64,000 nucleotides of DNA. It comes from the human T2T-CHM13v2.0 reference genome, Homo sapiens. Below, in pieces: positions 62,954 to 64,000 of the stretch. The stretch's first letter is position 1; the number at the start of each line of letters is the position of its first letter. The DNA lies in assembly GCF_009914755.1 (NCBI RefSeq), contig NC_060926.1, one strand, 5' to 3'. The notes below the pieces were generated by a model. That model ran no database searches and had not been told where the DNA came from. It saw only the letters and a program-made list of their open reading frames with translations. The translations under genes were made by a program, and so were the position numbers.

Positions 62954-63479
62954 CTGCCAACAGAAAGAGATGTTTAGGTAGAAGAAGAGGAAAAGGGGAG
63001 GAAAGCCAGAGCCGCAGATGCAGAATGGAAGTCGGGATGGGTGCATGGGGAGCTCTGTGGGCCGGTTGGTGCTGGCCCTCAGAGAAGATGCTGCCTGGGT
63101 GAACCAAACTTTCCCATGGAAAAAGTGGAGAGTAACTTGCCCTAATTAACATGAAACTGAGCACCTAGAACAGGGCCTGGTGCCGAGAAGATAATCAGTA
63201 TCTCTTTGACATCAGCAACAGTCAGCTGCTCACAAATGATAATAAAGATCTGGGAGGGTGAAGGGGCCAAGGAGAATCTGTCCTTCCAGCGGCTCTCTGG
63301 GAACTTGCCAGAGAAGGCTGGAGCAGGGGAGGGCCTTCACCAGACGTGGCCTGGTTCTCACCTAGATGCTGGGCAGAGACCAAGGAGCACGTGCGAGGGC
63401 CTTCCACTTGGAAAGCACCATGCCAGCATCAGGAGTGGTCCTCCTGTTCAGGTATGGTGGTCACAAAGAAAATGGAAGA

Positions 63480-63559
63480 CAGCACCATGGCACGTGTATA
63501 CCTATGTAACAAACCTGCACATGTATCCCAGGACTTAAAGTATTAAAAAAAAAAAAAAA
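63480..63559 (+). mobile_element. Extremely 5'-truncated L1PA 3' end in a HADHA intron
   Basis: caccatggcacgtgtatacctatgtaacaaacctgcac..cttaaagta plus A-tail, with TSD aaaatggaaga on both sides. Confidence 0.88.
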
Positions 63560-63633
63560 TGGAAGAGGGGCTGGGAAGCTTTGGGCTGTCAGAGAAAGTC
63601 AATTTCCAGGCATTAGCCACTCAAACGGACTTA

Positions 63634-63818
<185 letters not shown>

Positions 63819-64000
63819 AACCCTGGCCTGGCCAGGCGTGGTGGCTCACGCCTGTAATCCCAGCACTTTGGGAGGCCGAGGCGGGGGATCATTTGAGGTC
63901 AGGAGTTTGAGACCAGCCTGGCCAACATGGTGAAACCCCATCTCTACTAAAAATACAAAAATTAGCTGGGCGAAGCAGGAGGATCGCTTGAACCCGGGAG

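Overview
Human (primate) genomic DNA, recognisable as chr2p23.3. It holds the last intron, final coding exon and ~2.4 kb 3'UTR of RAB10 (+). The complete six-exon GAREM2/FAM59B gene follows (+); its spliced CDS is 2625 nt, giving 874 aa. The last three exons and 3'UTR of HADHA (-) converge on GAREM2. The ~35 kb RAB10-GAREM2 intergenic interval is Alu/L1-dense and carries three processed pseudogenes (EMP2, SMARCE1, PPIL1), an ERV1 solo LTR and hAT DNA transposon fossils. Most short ORFs in the supplied track are Alu- or GC-content artefacts. I see no convincing new multi-gene system. The best unexplained structures are: (1) a cluster of local templated copy events (a 109-bp inverted duplication, a 66-bp ectopic direct copy, a tail-less inverted copy of a neighbouring Alu that shares its private duplications, and 77-bp and 27-bp tandem duplications); (2) a possible degraded coding relic at ~30.9-32.0 kb that becomes continuous when insertions are removed; (3) an intronic GAREM2 CpG island with a (GGAGGC)n repeat and a phase-compatible candidate first exon; (4) an in-frame, stop-free 87-nt terminal intron of HADHA.
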